Both the position numbers and the translations under genes were made by a program. DNA of 64,000 nt from a virus (lineage: Duplodnaviria > Caudoviricetes), in IMG/VR virus record IMGVR_UViG_3300050120_000237, positions 1,836-65,835 of that record; one strand, written 5' to 3'. The stretch's first letter is position 1. Every line of letters begins with the position of its first letter. The notes beneath the pieces were generated by a model. It saw only the letters and a program-made list of their open reading frames with translations, was not told where the DNA came from and ran no database searches. This document shows, one piece after another, positions 42,147 through 52,577 of the stretch.

Positions 42147-45100
42147 CTACCGCTTCAATTGGGTGACAACGATGGTGGTGCCGTAAGCGCCGCCGCCTGG
42201 AACGACGCAATAATATGTATGGCCGCCAGCACTGGGGAAATCCAAAATCTGGAAGGTCGATGCCGTGTAATAGAAAGTCAGCGGATAAGGGGCAAGGCTG
42301 CTTCCGTCGCGTTGCACGTCATAATTGCCGCTAAATCCGTTCGCTGCGACCGTTCCAGAAACGATAACGGCATAGGTGTTGGCGTCAATCGTGACACCGA
42401 CAGACGAGTCGCCTGATGAGTTCGAAGCAGCAGAAGTGTATGTGACGGAGTTCGCGGTTAGGTGTCCGGTGACAATGATGTTGCCCACGATGATGGCCGT
42501 GGCATTGATGGCGCCGGCTGCGACCGTTCCCGCCGTCACCGCATTGGCGTCCAGCTTGCCGGCAGTGACGGCAGAACCGGCAATGATCGTCGCGGTAACC
42601 GAACCAGCTTGCAGCGCCGCGGTCGAAATTGCATTCGCCGCGACCATGCCGGCGGTGATTGAACTTGCTACCAATATGTTGGCGGACAGGTCCGAGATAT
42701 TCGCCTTTGCCGCTGTAACAGCACCAGCCGCCAGCGTGCCGGTGGTCACCGCGCCCGCTGCCAGCACTGCGGTGGTGACGGCACCGGCCGCAAGCTGCGG
42801 CGTAGAAACCGCGCCGTTCGTAATCTGCGTGCCGACAATTTGGCCAGTGAGTTTGGCCGCAGCGATAGCCGCAAGCTGGCTGTCCACCAGTTGCCCGGTG
42901 ACCTTGGCCGCAGCAACCGCCGCAATCTGCGCGTCGGTTAGCTGGCCCGTGATGTTGACCGCCGGCACAGCCAGCGTCCACGACGAAGTGCTGGTGTTCC
43001 ACCTGTAAAGCTGGTGGTCGGTGGTGTTGAAAAACACGCTGCTGGCAGCCGGCGTGGCCGGGTTCGAAGCGCCGACGCCGACGCCTTCAATACCTGCCGC
43101 CAGCATCAGGGAAGCAAGGGCGGCGGGGTCGATTTTCGCAGCCGTCACCACGGCATTGCCGAGGTCTACTGTCTGGACCTGCGCGCCGGTCTGGGACACG
43201 CCAGCGCCGGTCGAAACCGGGTCATAAGCGCCGACGTTCCCGGCAATGTCGCGGCACCTTATCCAATACCAATAGGGGGTGGCCGATGCGACGGCTTGGT
43301 CATTGTAGCTTGTGGCATAGCTGCCGGCGTCCGCAATCTTGCTGGCACCGGAAAAGCTGCTGGTGGCAGAACGCCAGATTTCCACAGCGGCAATGCCGAC
43401 GTTGGCAGCGTTAATCCAGTTCAGCTGCAACCCTTTTAGGGCCGGCGTCACGGTCAGGCTGGTGGGCGCATAGATGGTGGGCGGTCCACCGATGGTGTGG
43501 GTGTAGGCCGTGACCGTCGAAATATCCTGCAAGGCCAAGCCGTAGCAGTTGAAAGACACCAGCTTGATGTAAAGCGTGCGGCCCACGTCGGTGGCGTTGT
43601 AAGGGATTTTGCAGACCGCATCGTCAAGGCGCACGAACAGCGACCCGATGGCGTGGGCGCTGATGGGCGAGCCCCACATACCGCGACGCAGAAGGCCAGC
43701 GGTCGCGCCGTTCTTGCCCAGATTATACTGGTATGGCGAGGTCAGAACGCACTGCTGGTAGGAGATATATTCCCCGTCCACGAAGCACAGGGTGGTGCCG
43801 TTGTTCGCGTCCGCCAGTGTGCCGGCTTCCAGCGACCCTAGGCTTTGCGACAGGTCCACATGCAGCGAGTTTACAGTGTCGGGATCGGCGCCGGACGGCA
43901 GCAATAGGGTGGTGACGCCCAACCGCGAACTGCCCTGCACGGTCTGTTTCAGCACATAGTTGGTGCCGTCGGTGGAAACATGGATTTCGCAGCCGCCCCA
44001 ATAGGCATTCCCCGCGACCGGCGAAACGCCAATCCATGTCTCGAGCCCGACGACCTGCGCAAGCTGCACCGGCACGTCAAAGATGGCCGGCGCCGCCGCA
44101 TCGCCCGGGGCGATGTTGAAGTTCTGCGGGACGGCGCCAGAAACCTGCCGGGTGTATGCCGGCGCATGGCCGACGCCCACCAGCATTTCTTCTACCGTGT
44201 AAGTGATCGTCGCGTCGTCGGGGTTTTCTTGATACGAAATAATGCGCACAAACCGCGTGCCGCCGTTGCGCAGCGGGATTGTGAGCGTGTCCATGGGGTC
44301 CAGAAGTCCGAAGACTTCCGGCAGCGTGAACACCGCGGTGCGCCGCACGTTGCAGGTCCGCTGCACCATAAGCTGGGCAATCGCCGAAGCGACCGTGCCG
44401 CTGCAAATCGAATGCAGCGAAAATGGGTCTTGTTTGCGCAAACCGAACTGGTCGATGTTCGCTTGGTCCAGTGCCGGCGCAATGTCGGTGTTGTAGCTTG
44501 CGGTGCGGTCCAGAAATTCAATCTGCACATAGTTGTATGCGTCGGCGGGGCGCGTGAAATCCCACTTAATGGGGTCGTCGCCTTCCTCCGAAATGAACTG
44601 CCCAATGGGGATATTGTACGAAGGCGTTAGGTTGGGCACCCACGTCACACCGTTGCCGGTGATGGTGGTGTCGCCATACGGGATAATCTTTAGCTGCCCG
44701 TCCGACCATATGCAGTCTGAGTTCGAAGCCGCCAGAATTTCGGTCAGGAAGTCGCTGGTTTGCCGCTGGCTTTCCAACACCGGGCTGAGTAGCAGGCCCG
44801 CCGCGAGGCAATAGTTGGAATAGTCGGTGTAGCTGCCGGTCCACGCGCTGTTCCACTGCGGCAGCACGCTGAAAAAGTCCGTGAGAATTGCGCCCGGGTT
44901 TGCATCGTCCTGCGTGACGCCGCCGATAACCTGCCGAATTGTGGACTGCACTTCAAAGCTGTGGTTGGGCAGCGTCGCCGAACTGTTCAGCGCATACTTG
45001 GCGGCATAGACATATGCGAGCCCACTGTAGCCCAGATTATGCGGCGAGGTCAGGTGACCCCACGGGGCCTGCCCGATTGCGCCAGTGGCAAGGCTCAGAC

Positions 45101-45425
45101 CGGAAGTCGCCAGCGTCAAAATCTCTTGGTCACGCCAGACCGTGCGAATGCCGGCGACCGGGCCTTCGACAATTCCCAGCATGATATCGGCAAAGTAATT
45201 GTAGCTGGTGGTAGTCTGGCTCCCGCCACCACCCTTGCCGCCGCTTTGCGTGCTGGTGACGGCAACGGATTGAAAATTCAGGTAGTCGATAAGGTTGCAG
45301 CCGCACTTGAATGTGCCCCAACCATACGGGATGGAAGAACCCTTGATTGAGGTCTGCACAGGAATGCCGATGTAGCGCGTGGGCGCTGCGGCCTGTGGTG
45401 AACTGTTGCCCCCAAAGAGGTTCAT
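42147..45425 (-). CDS. Central tail fibre / host-specificity protein
   Basis: 1092 aa after NlpC/P60; phage-tail core, FN3 domain (YWYWIR), C-terminal AVT/ITGQ repeats. Confidence 0.85.
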   Translation of the reverse strand: MNLFGGNSSPQAAAPTRYIGIPVQTSIKGSSIPYGWGTFKCGCNLIDYLNFQSVAVTSTQSGGKGGGGSQTTTSYNYFADIMLGIVEGPVAGIRTVWRDQEILTLATSGLSLATGAIGQAPWGHLTSPHNLGYSGLAYVYAAKYALNSSATLPNHSFEVQSTIRQVIGGVTQDDANPGAILTDFFSVLPQWNSAWTGSYTDYSNYCLAAGLLLSPVLESQRQTSDFLTEILAASNSDCIWSDGQLKIIPYGDTTITGNGVTWVPNLTPSYNIPIGQFISEEGDDPIKWDFTRPADAYNYVQIEFLDRTASYNTDIAPALDQANIDQFGLRKQDPFSLHSICSGTVASAIAQLMVQRTCNVRRTAVFTLPEVFGLLDPMDTLTIPLRNGGTRFVRIISYQENPDDATITYTVEEMLVGVGHAPAYTRQVSGAVPQNFNIAPGDAAAPAIFDVPVQLAQVVGLETWIGVSPVAGNAYWGGCEIHVSTDGTNYVLKQTVQGSSRLGVTTLLLPSGADPDTVNSLHVDLSQSLGSLEAGTLADANNGTTLCFVDGEYISYQQCVLTSPYQYNLGKNGATAGLLRRGMWGSPISAHAIGSLFVRLDDAVCKIPYNATDVGRTLYIKLVSFNCYGLALQDISTVTAYTHTIGGPPTIYAPTSLTVTPALKGLQLNWINAANVGIAAVEIWRSATSSFSGASKIADAGSYATSYNDQAVASATPYWYWIRCRDIAGNVGAYDPVSTGAGVSQTGAQVQTVDLGNAVVTAAKIDPAALASLMLAAGIEGVGVGASNPATPAASSVFFNTTDHQLYRWNTSTSSWTLAVPAVNITGQLTDAQIAAVAAAKVTGQLVDSQLAAIAAAKLTGQIVGTQITNGAVSTPQLAAGAVTTAVLAAGAVTTGTLAAGAVTAAKANISDLSANILVASSITAGMVAANAISTAALQAGSVTATIIAGSAVTAGKLDANAVTAGTVAAGAINATAIIVGNIIVTGHLTANSVTYTSAASNSSGDSSVGVTIDANTYAVIVSGTVAANGFSGNYDVQRDGSSLAPYPLTFYYTASTFQILDFPSAGGHTYYCVVPGGGAYGTTIVVTQLKR

Positions 45426-45857
45426 TTACTTGTCGCCCCACAAGGTGAAAAAGCGGCTTTCTCGTTTCAAAAATTCGTTGTAACGGTCGATTTCATCAAT
45501 CTGCACGCCGCTGCGCACGACCGAATGAATAACCTGCTGCACGGATATGAAAATGCCGGCATGGCTGAATGCCTGGCCGAACTTCCACACCCCAAGGTCG
45601 CCGCCCTGCACCTGTTCCTTGGCGATCTCCCGTGCACCGCATTTCAAAATCCACGCAATGAACAGTTCTTCGCTGTGGTGCATCGCCCACTGGCGCGGAT
45701 AGTCCGGGTCTACATGCGCGATAAGGCCGACGCTCTCATAGACGGCAGCAGGGAATTGGGCGCAGTCGACTCCCGCGTGCTTGATGCGCGCATGGTGGTG
45801 CCACGGCGTGCCGCGCCATGTCATTGCTTCGGCTATGACGGCCTCGCGGGTGGTCAC
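45426..45857 (-). CDS. NlpC/P60 tail peptidase
   Basis: W.GTPWHH...GVDC, FSHAGI, IHS. Confidence 0.88.
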   Translation of the reverse strand: MTTREAVIAEAMTWRGTPWHHHARIKHAGVDCAQFPAAVYESVGLIAHVDPDYPRQWAMHHSEELFIAWILKCGAREIAKEQVQGGDLGVWKFGQAFSHAGIFISVQQVIHSVVRSGVQIDEIDRYNEFLKRESRFFTLWGDK

Positions 45858-46741
45858 GATGGCAGCCCCGTGGCCGGGTCTGGGATAAACGGCTCGCCCC
45901 GGTAGTGGATGATATTGTTGAAGCGGGCCACGCAGCGGGTGGTGGACAGGTCGCACCCGGGATAGGCCGTGAAGGTGTCACCGACCGCAGGCGCCGCCGG
46001 CAGCGGCACGACGGTGGTCCAAACGCCGGCTGCGTCCTGCGACTTGATGGTGACCGTGCGCCCGCTGTTTGCGCCGCTGGTGAATTTCACCTTTCCCAAG
46101 GAATAGTCGCCGGTCGGCGGCAGCGTGCCAGTGATCTGCCACTGCGTTTGGGTGGGGGTCAGGGTGTTGGCGACGGTGTAGTTGGTGCCAAGCGATGGCA
46201 GATTTACCAGACACTTGCCGTCGCCCAGCACGTTGGCGCAAGAGGTCTGGAAGCAATCGGGCGGCACGTTGTTCGTGAACAGGTCCAGCGGGCTGGCGCA
46301 TGTCACGGTGACCTGCGACATGCCCAAGTCCTTGGCTTCAGAAAACCGACCGCTGAAACGGATGTAGGTGCCGCCAATCGGGCCGGCCGAACGCATGCTG
46401 GCAAAGTCGGTGCTAAAGCCGCGTTCGATAAGCACCAGCGCGCCGTCAAGCCCGAGGTTTTCCACGAAGTCCAGAAACACCACACCGTTGACCAAAAACC
46501 GCGTGTCCGAACTAAAGGTGATATCGATCTCTGAGACTTCGACGCCGCGTGTGGATTTCACGCCGCTATCTTTGACCAGCGGTCCTTGGCCGAAAGTGAA
46601 CCCATTGGCGTTCATCAAGCCCGGGCCGCTCCAATACCGCAGCACCTGCCCGCCCACCAAGGTGATGGTGTAGAAGTCGGCGCGCGCGTAGGTCGCCGCG
46701 CTGTCGAGAAACGCAATGAGGGTCGAACTTGCAGCTTTCAC
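45854..46741 (-). CDS. DUF2163/BR0599 tail hub protein
   Basis: C...LGD.KC, FTSGANSG, GDTFTAYPGCD....C..RFNN. Confidence 0.88.
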   Translation of the reverse strand: MKAASSTLIAFLDSAATYARADFYTITLVGGQVLRYWSGPGLMNANGFTFGQGPLVKDSGVKSTRGVEVSEIDITFSSDTRFLVNGVVFLDFVENLGLDGALVLIERGFSTDFASMRSAGPIGGTYIRFSGRFSEAKDLGMSQVTVTCASPLDLFTNNVPPDCFQTSCANVLGDGKCLVNLPSLGTNYTVANTLTPTQTQWQITGTLPPTGDYSLGKVKFTSGANSGRTVTIKSQDAAGVWTTVVPLPAAPAVGDTFTAYPGCDLSTTRCVARFNNIIHYRGEPFIPDPATGLPS

Positions 46742-47406
46742 AGTGGCATCCAGCTTTGGAATGGCAGACCGTCGCTTGAATAAAGCTGCTTTACCATTTG
46801 TGCCACGTCCAGTTGGTCTTCGGCGAAGCGGCACAAGAACAGAAACTGCCCGGTCCACGCAATGCGGAAGCCATTGCCGGGTGCTGTGGTGAAGGTGATG
46901 GCACCGAACGGGCCCAGCGTATAAAGCGACGACGACACCGTTGAACCGTTGACCGTGACCACGGGCGTGCCAAGGGTCACATAGATGGGCTCGTAAAAGG
47001 GATTTCCGCCGCCTTGGTCGAGGCAGCGGGTAAGCTGGAAAATCTTGGTGACGCCATCGCCCACCGAAATGGAGCAATCGGACACCGCGTTGTCTTCCGG
47101 GTCATAGAAAAAGAATGTGCCGAACTGGCCCAGCCGCGTGTTGAAAAAGGAAAACAGGCGCTGCAATTCGTTTTGCGACACCTTGTTGCGGATAACCTCA
47201 TAGGCAACCTTGAACTGCCACGTCGGGAAGTCGCCAAGCGAAACCCGGATTTCCCGACCGCTGCCGCTCTTGCGCACGATGGTGGGCGGGAACGTCGGCG
47301 ACTTCTGGGAAATGAACTCTTGCCCCTTGAACAGCGGGAACACGTCGGGGTCGCTTACCAGATTGATGGGCGTCGGCACGTTCCAGCGTGTCGGCAGGTA
47401 CGACAT
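46738..47406 (-). CDS. DUF2460 distal tail protein
   Basis: SGRE.R, FF..R.G....F.F.DPED, GDGVT..FQL, CRF.ED. Confidence 0.88.
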   Translation of the reverse strand: MSYLPTRWNVPTPINLVSDPDVFPLFKGQEFISQKSPTFPPTIVRKSGSGREIRVSLGDFPTWQFKVAYEVIRNKVSQNELQRLFSFFNTRLGQFGTFFFYDPEDNAVSDCSISVGDGVTKIFQLTRCLDQGGGNPFYEPIYVTLGTPVVTVNGSTVSSSLYTLGPFGAITFTTAPGNGFRIAWTGQFLFLCRFAEDQLDVAQMVKQLYSSDGLPFQSWMPL

Positions 47407-47410
47407 GGGG

Positions 47411-50089
47411 TTAGACCTTCATAAGCCGTTTGCCGGCAGACCGTGCGCCTGCGGCAAAGGCTGCGGGGTTGGCCTTGAACAGCTTCAACACGCTGGAAGC
47501 ATCCAAGGCGTGAAAATGATATGTGTCGCCGCCGCTGCCTTTGCCGCCGCCGCCGTCCACTGCGTCCATCAGGTCGGCGTTTTCGGCTGCTGGGATGATG
47601 CGCTCGCCGGCATGGATTTGCGCGATCATGTCATTGGGAACGAAGTTGGTGCCGCTGTCCAAGCTGGCCATGCCCAGCGCGGTGGCACCAAGGCCCTGCA
47701 TCGAGGCAAACGCCGCAGCCGCCAGTTCGGGGCCGATGATGGGGATTGGCGCGACGGCTGCCGCAGCGCCCATGGCGGCAATTCCCGTGTAAGCCGGGAT
47801 TTCCGCCAGCGCCAGCGCTTTGGCTTCCGCGATTCCTGCTGCGGTTTCGGCTCCCGCTGCCGTGGCGCGCGCGGTGGCGCCGGCCACGGTTTCTGCCGTC
47901 TTTGAAGTCTCAAGGCCCAGCCATTCGGCAAGCTGTTGGCCAATCTTTCCGAAGAACCCGGAATTGCCAGCCGCCTCTACCGCCGACCGCTGGCCAACGC
48001 CGGCCGCCGTTGCGGCGGTCTTGGCCTGCTGCACGAAAATGGTTTCTTCAAGCTGGCGCAGTTGCAGCTGAATGTAGTCCTCGGCGATGGTCAGCGCGCC
48101 TTGGCCCAGCACCTGCACCAGCGTCTGGTTGCCGCTGAAAATGCCGCGCACCATAGAATTGAACCCGTTGGTGATAGGCGACCAGGCGCGCGAGTATTCC
48201 TGCACCATGCTGTTGGCGCCGGTCTTGGCAATGTCGGAAATGGCTTTGGAGTGGGTGCGTTCGTTCGCCTCAATTTGCTTGTTGATGGCGTTCAGCTTTT
48301 CCGGGTAGCCGGCCCACATATTCAGTTCGTCCGCCAGTTCCTTTTTCACCAGTTCGTTTCTGGTGTCTTCGGTCTGGGACATGAGGGCGATTTCTTCCGC
48401 AGCGCTGATTTGCTGCTGGGAAAACTTCTGCCGGATAGTGTCGATTTCCTCACGCGCGGTTTCGTTCGCCTTGGCGATTATGCTTTCGTCGGCCTGCGCG
48501 CGGGTGGCAATTTCCTGCTGGGCTGCCTCGCGCTGGGCTGCGGTAAGCTGGCGCAGCGCAGACAGGGCCGCAGCGCTCTTGGCGCCTTCCAGCCGCACCG
48601 CCGTGTTGTAAAGGTTTTGGAGGGTGGCGATTTGGTCGGCGGATCCCTTCTGCTGGGTGGTCGCCGTTTCCTCAATATCGCGCAGGGTTTCTTCGCTGGC
48701 CTGATGGCGTGCGGTCTTGGCTGCCGCAGCCGCCGTTTTCGCGGCGCTGGCGGACGCTTCATGCGAATGGAAAATAGCTTCGTCGGCGCTGCGTTCGGCG
48801 GCTTGCCGATCTTTTGCGCTGCCTTCCGTGCCGTTTGCGACCTTCTGCCAAAGGTCGGCCTCGGCCTGATACCGCGCCGCGGTCGAACCCGTCCACATGG
48901 AGTCCAGCTTGGCGATGGCGTCGCGCGTCTTTTCCACAGGAGACTGAATGTCTGTCAGCGGCGGCTTGGGCGGTTGCTTTTTCAGGGCGGCAATATCGCC
49001 CAGAATGGCCCTCTGGTTCTTTTCCCACGCGGCGGTGTTGTCGTTAATTATCGCGGTGTGGATTTGCTCTTGCGTCATGCCCTGCTGCAAGTAGCCGATA
49101 TACGCGATAAAATTGCCGAAGCTGGACGTCATGCTGGTGTTGGCTTCAACATACTTTTGCTTGTTGTCCACCAACGCCGAATTGACGGTTTCCAAAATCG
49201 CAGCGGTCGTGGCGTGCACGTTGCCCATCTGCTGCGTCTTTTCGATGTTGTCGACCTGCGCCTGCGTGATGCTTGGCACCAGCTTGGCAAGGTCTTTGGC
49301 CGACAGCTTTTCGTTTTCCATTGCGGCAATGAAGGCTTTGGCGGCTTCCGGGGCTTTCTCGCCCATGGTCTGGGCATACTCGCCGACCAGCAGGGACAGG
49401 CCCTGCAATTCCGGGCCTGACATATCGCGCATGGTGGAAAATGCCCGCACCACTTCTTCGGCGTCCTTGGTGGACACGCCGGCCAAGTCGTCCAGCGCCT
49501 TGATAGACGATTGGATGGACTCGGTGCTGATGCCTTTATTGCCCACGAAGCTGGCGGCAAGGCTGGTCTTTTCCAGCGCGTCGGCAGCTTCCAGCCCGGT
49601 GACGATAAGGTAGCCCAGCCCGGCAACCAGTGCGGCAACACCGCCTGCCGCCAGCAGCGCGGCCGGCCCCATGCCCAGCACGCGCTGCCCGATGATGGCG
49701 AGGGTTCCGGGGGTCTGCTTGGTGCGCCCGCTGGACAGTTCGTCGAACAGGGCACGAAATTCGCGCGCTGCCGCAGACGCGCTGCCGTGGCCTTTCGTCA
49801 CTTCGGTGTCGATATTTTCGAGTGCGTTGGCGGCGGCTTGCAGCTTCTTCTGGTCGCCCACCGCATCGGCGAACGCCACAAAGCTATCCTTGGCGCTCTT
49901 GGTGCTGCTGGAAACGCCCGTGGTGCTGTTGATGATTCCTTGGAAGTCGGTCGCAATTGTCGCGCTGGTCTTGGTTGATGCTCCCGCCAGCGCTTCGATT
50001 TCTGCCGAAGCGGCAGCGGTCGAAGCAGCAAGACTGGGGTCCACCGTGCCGGTGATGCGGACTGCAATGCTTTTGTCGCCGTCGGCCAT
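47411..50089 (-). CDS. Tail tape measure protein
   Basis: 892-aa Ala-rich helical protein; C-terminal GTNFVPNDMIAQIHAGERIIP. Confidence 0.9.
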   Translation of the reverse strand: MADGDKSIAVRITGTVDPSLAASTAAASAEIEALAGASTKTSATIATDFQGIINSTTGVSSSTKSAKDSFVAFADAVGDQKKLQAAANALENIDTEVTKGHGSASAAAREFRALFDELSSGRTKQTPGTLAIIGQRVLGMGPAALLAAGGVAALVAGLGYLIVTGLEAADALEKTSLAASFVGNKGISTESIQSSIKALDDLAGVSTKDAEEVVRAFSTMRDMSGPELQGLSLLVGEYAQTMGEKAPEAAKAFIAAMENEKLSAKDLAKLVPSITQAQVDNIEKTQQMGNVHATTAAILETVNSALVDNKQKYVEANTSMTSSFGNFIAYIGYLQQGMTQEQIHTAIINDNTAAWEKNQRAILGDIAALKKQPPKPPLTDIQSPVEKTRDAIAKLDSMWTGSTAARYQAEADLWQKVANGTEGSAKDRQAAERSADEAIFHSHEASASAAKTAAAAAKTARHQASEETLRDIEETATTQQKGSADQIATLQNLYNTAVRLEGAKSAAALSALRQLTAAQREAAQQEIATRAQADESIIAKANETAREEIDTIRQKFSQQQISAAEEIALMSQTEDTRNELVKKELADELNMWAGYPEKLNAINKQIEANERTHSKAISDIAKTGANSMVQEYSRAWSPITNGFNSMVRGIFSGNQTLVQVLGQGALTIAEDYIQLQLRQLEETIFVQQAKTAATAAGVGQRSAVEAAGNSGFFGKIGQQLAEWLGLETSKTAETVAGATARATAAGAETAAGIAEAKALALAEIPAYTGIAAMGAAAAVAPIPIIGPELAAAAFASMQGLGATALGMASLDSGTNFVPNDMIAQIHAGERIIPAAENADLMDAVDGGGGKGSGGDTYHFHALDASSVLKLFKANPAAFAAGARSAGKRLMKV

Positions 50090-50364
50090 TATTCCTCAAA
50101 CTCTGGCAAGAGGGACGCCGCGACAACCTGCGGCTTGGCATCTGCTTTAATCTGATTTGGAGGGTGCCACCAATCGCGGCCCTGAAAGTAACCGGCAAGG
50201 AAGAACTCGGGCGGCGGGCTCAAGCGCAGTTCTTTGCGCTGGGCCAGTATGCGCCGCATGGTCAGGTGGTCTTCCCAGTAATCCGGCGACTGGCCGAAAT
50301 GGCGACATGCCTGGGCGATTAAAACGTCCCAGTCTGGTTCTGCTATGTCGCCAGTGCTTCCCCC
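50089..50364 (-). CDS. Tail assembly chaperone, frameshifted (T) part
   Basis: Open -1 frame from GGGGGAA to the TMP start. Confidence 0.6.
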   Translation of the reverse strand, partial: GGSTGDIAEPDWDVLIAQACRHFGQSPDYWEDHLTMRRILAQRKELRLSPPPEFFLAGYFQGRDWWHPPNQIKADAKPQVVAASLLPEFEE

Positions 50365-50771
50365 GAGCCGGGCTGCGCGTCGGCTGCGGTGACCTGCTGG
50401 TAGATGCCGGACTGCGACCGCACCGTCAAAAATGCTTTGAACAGGTCGGCGTCCTTTAGGCCCCAGCCGGAAAATTCGTCTTCCGTAAGGTCGGGGTGCG
50501 CAGCGGTCAGGCCCCAATAAACGGCGTCGACCATCTGGGCGTAAACTTCATTCGGCAGCTGCAAGACTTTCACGCCCGTGCCAACCACGGGCTTGCCCAA
50601 ACCAAGCGGGTCGTCTTCGGCAAATTCCGGCTCGATCGCATCCGTCACGTCGATAATTTGGCGCCGGCACTGGCGAAGCTGGCGCGGTGCCAGTTCGAGG
50701 ATGGGCCATTTCTGGCCATTCAGAACGACGTGGGGTGTCAGGTTTTCATTGAATGGTGCTGGTGTGGTCAT
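50343..50771 (-). CDS. Tail assembly chaperone (G)
   Basis: Position between tail tube and TMP; slippery site near 3' end. Confidence 0.7.
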   Translation of the reverse strand: MTTPAPFNENLTPHVVLNGQKWPILELAPRQLRQCRRQIIDVTDAIEPEFAEDDPLGLGKPVVGTGVKVLQLPNEVYAQMVDAVYWGLTAAHPDLTEDEFSGWGLKDADLFKAFLTVRSQSGIYQQVTAADAQPGSGEALAT

Positions 50772-51133
50772 TCCGATGCCCGCACGTTGCGTGCGGCCTC
50801 TCTCAATTCGTTGGAATTTGTGACTTTTTGAACGTGGATTGAAGGCAGAAGCAGTTCTGAGGAAAGGAATTTTGGGCCCAGCTTTCGCAGGGTTTCCAGC
50901 AGCGCCTTGCGGTTCCAGCGGATTGAAAGGGTGTCGTTGGTTGCCAGCGGCGGCATGTGCCGCTTGAAGCGGTACTCGGCAATCTTTTTGCCGACAAACG
51001 CAACGTGCTGTTCCACTTCAAGCTGGGAAAGCGAGAACGCCGCCATGATATCCGGTAAAGGGACACCACCAGCGACGTTCTCAAAAACCAGCCTTCTTTG
51101 CTCGCCCAATTCCGGGCCAGTCAGTGTTGGCAA
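50768..51133 (-). CDS. Hypothetical protein in tail operon (start uncertain)
   Basis: Fills gap between tail tube gene and chaperone. Confidence 0.5.
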   Translation of the reverse strand: MPTLTGPELGEQRRLVFENVAGGVPLPDIMAAFSLSQLEVEQHVAFVGKKIAEYRFKRHMPPLATNDTLSIRWNRKALLETLRKLGPKFLSSELLLPSIHVQKVTNSNELREAARNVRASE

Positions 51134-51134
51134 A

Positions 51135-51893
51135 TTATGCAGCTTCCGCGAAAGAGAAGCTCCCCAGATTGTCGTTGGCATCGCAAGACGCCATGAAACC
51201 AAAGGTGGGTTTCGCGTAGTCGTCCTGCTTGGTGCTGATTTCAGTATCCGAGGTCAGGCAATAGTTCAAGGTCAGGATGGACTGTTCGCTGGCCCAGTTG
51301 AACTGCATCACCGCCGTGAAGGCGCCGACATTGCCCATCTGCTGGTTGGCGATAACGATAGTCTCGCCCACCAAGGTGACCGTGTAGAGATAGGAAATCT
51401 TCATGTTCGCGTTGGCATCGCCGGCCGCGAAAGTGTAGACGCCCGCCGCCACCGTGTAGGACTTGCCGACAACCGGGGTGGTGGCGACGCGGGTGTAGCG
51501 ATTGCCGCTGTCGGCATTGCGCACGCCCAAGTCGGTGGTCCACGTCGCCGAATTGGCCACGGTGATGATATAGGTGGTCACAGCAGGCACCACGCCGGCT
51601 TCGTTGTTCGCCTCTTTGATCTGGCCAGCCGTGCCGGCGTCGCCGAACAGCAGGTCCGAAAAGATGCGGGGCTGCAACGTGCCAAGCGTCACCTTGCCGG
51701 TCACTTCCATGGTTGCCGCCGAAATGTCCGCAGCGAACTGGTTTTCACCGAACAGCGACTTGGTGCTGCGCTTGAAGGTGATGGACTGGTCCTGCGGGAT
51801 GGAAAACGCGGTGGGCGTGGGCGTGGTGACGTTTGGCATGCCGAAAAAACGGCCCGCCGCAAAGATTTTTTGGCCATTGACTGCGGTAACCAT
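51135..51893 (-). CDS. Major tail tube protein
   Basis: K.LFG.NQFA, K.DDY..P.F.F.A..D; position. Confidence 0.8.
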   Translation of the reverse strand: MVTAVNGQKIFAAGRFFGMPNVTTPTPTAFSIPQDQSITFKRSTKSLFGENQFAADISAATMEVTGKVTLGTLQPRIFSDLLFGDAGTAGQIKEANNEAGVVPAVTTYIITVANSATWTTDLGVRNADSGNRYTRVATTPVVGKSYTVAAGVYTFAAGDANANMKISYLYTVTLVGETIVIANQQMGNVGAFTAVMQFNWASEQSILTLNYCLTSDTEISTKQDDYAKPTFGFMASCDANDNLGSFSFAEAA

Positions 51894-52096
51894 CAGGCTT
51901 TCTCCATCGTGGGGTTGTTGGGGGGTTCTGCGGCAAACAGCCCGCAGAGGCTTTTCTTGAGGTCAGGCAATGCAGACACCGCAGCGTTGAACACGGCGGT
52001 GTCGCGCGACAGCGTGGTGTTGTGGAATTTGGTGTTGAACCAGGCGTCCACCGCGTCGCTGATTTGGGCGGGCGTGGGCGTTTTCGATGCTGGCAT
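51893..52096 (-). CDS. Hypothetical protein
   Basis: AGGAGG RBS, 67 aa. Confidence 0.55.
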   Translation of the reverse strand: MPASKTPTPAQISDAVDAWFNTKFHNTTLSRDTAVFNAAVSALPDLKKSLCGLFAAEPPNNPTMEKA

Positions 52097-52106
52097 GGTG
52101 GCCTCC

Positions 52107-52577
52107 TTAGCCGGGCAGATAGATGGCGACAGGCAAATAGTATGCGGCCTGCCTCGCGTTTTCCTTGGTGGAATTGTCGCCGTGGTCTTTGCCGGCGATG
52201 CCAACAAGCTGCACGTTTTCGACAAGACCGCCCAAGGTGATGGGCTCGCCATCTTGGGGCGTAAAGACATTCTCCACCATGTCCACAAGCGGGTTCAGCA
52301 TGGCGGCGCCGAACTCGTCGGGTTCATGGGTCACGCCGATGATGTAAATAACCGTCCAGCTTTTCTTGGTCATAAGGCGACCTTGGTATTCGTTTTCTTC
52401 CTGCATTTCGTACTGCATCAGTATCGGCTGTTCGCCGGGCGGCACGCGCTGCGTTTCAATGACCTTACGGGTGACGGTCACGAAGGGCTGGGCTTTCGTC
52501 AGCGCGCCTTGGTTCTTTGCCTGCAACGGCGTGACCATTGCATAAAGCGCCTTATAGATTGGCTCGCGTTCGATCAT
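52107..52577 (-). CDS. Tail terminator-like protein
   Basis: REPIYKAL, LNPLVD, TLGGLV; position. Confidence 0.7.
   Translation of the reverse strand: MIEREPIYKALYAMVTPLQAKNQGALTKAQPFVTVTRKVIETQRVPPGEQPILMQYEMQEENEYQGRLMTKKSWTVIYIIGVTHEPDEFGAAMLNPLVDMVENVFTPQDGEPITLGGLVENVQLVGIAGKDHGDNSTKENARQAAYYLPVAIYLPG

Noticed and set aside
42500-42960. Repeats in the tail fibre resembling an array or DGR target
   Set aside because: Protein-level AVT/ITGQ repeats; no reverse transcriptase or template/variable repeat pair seen
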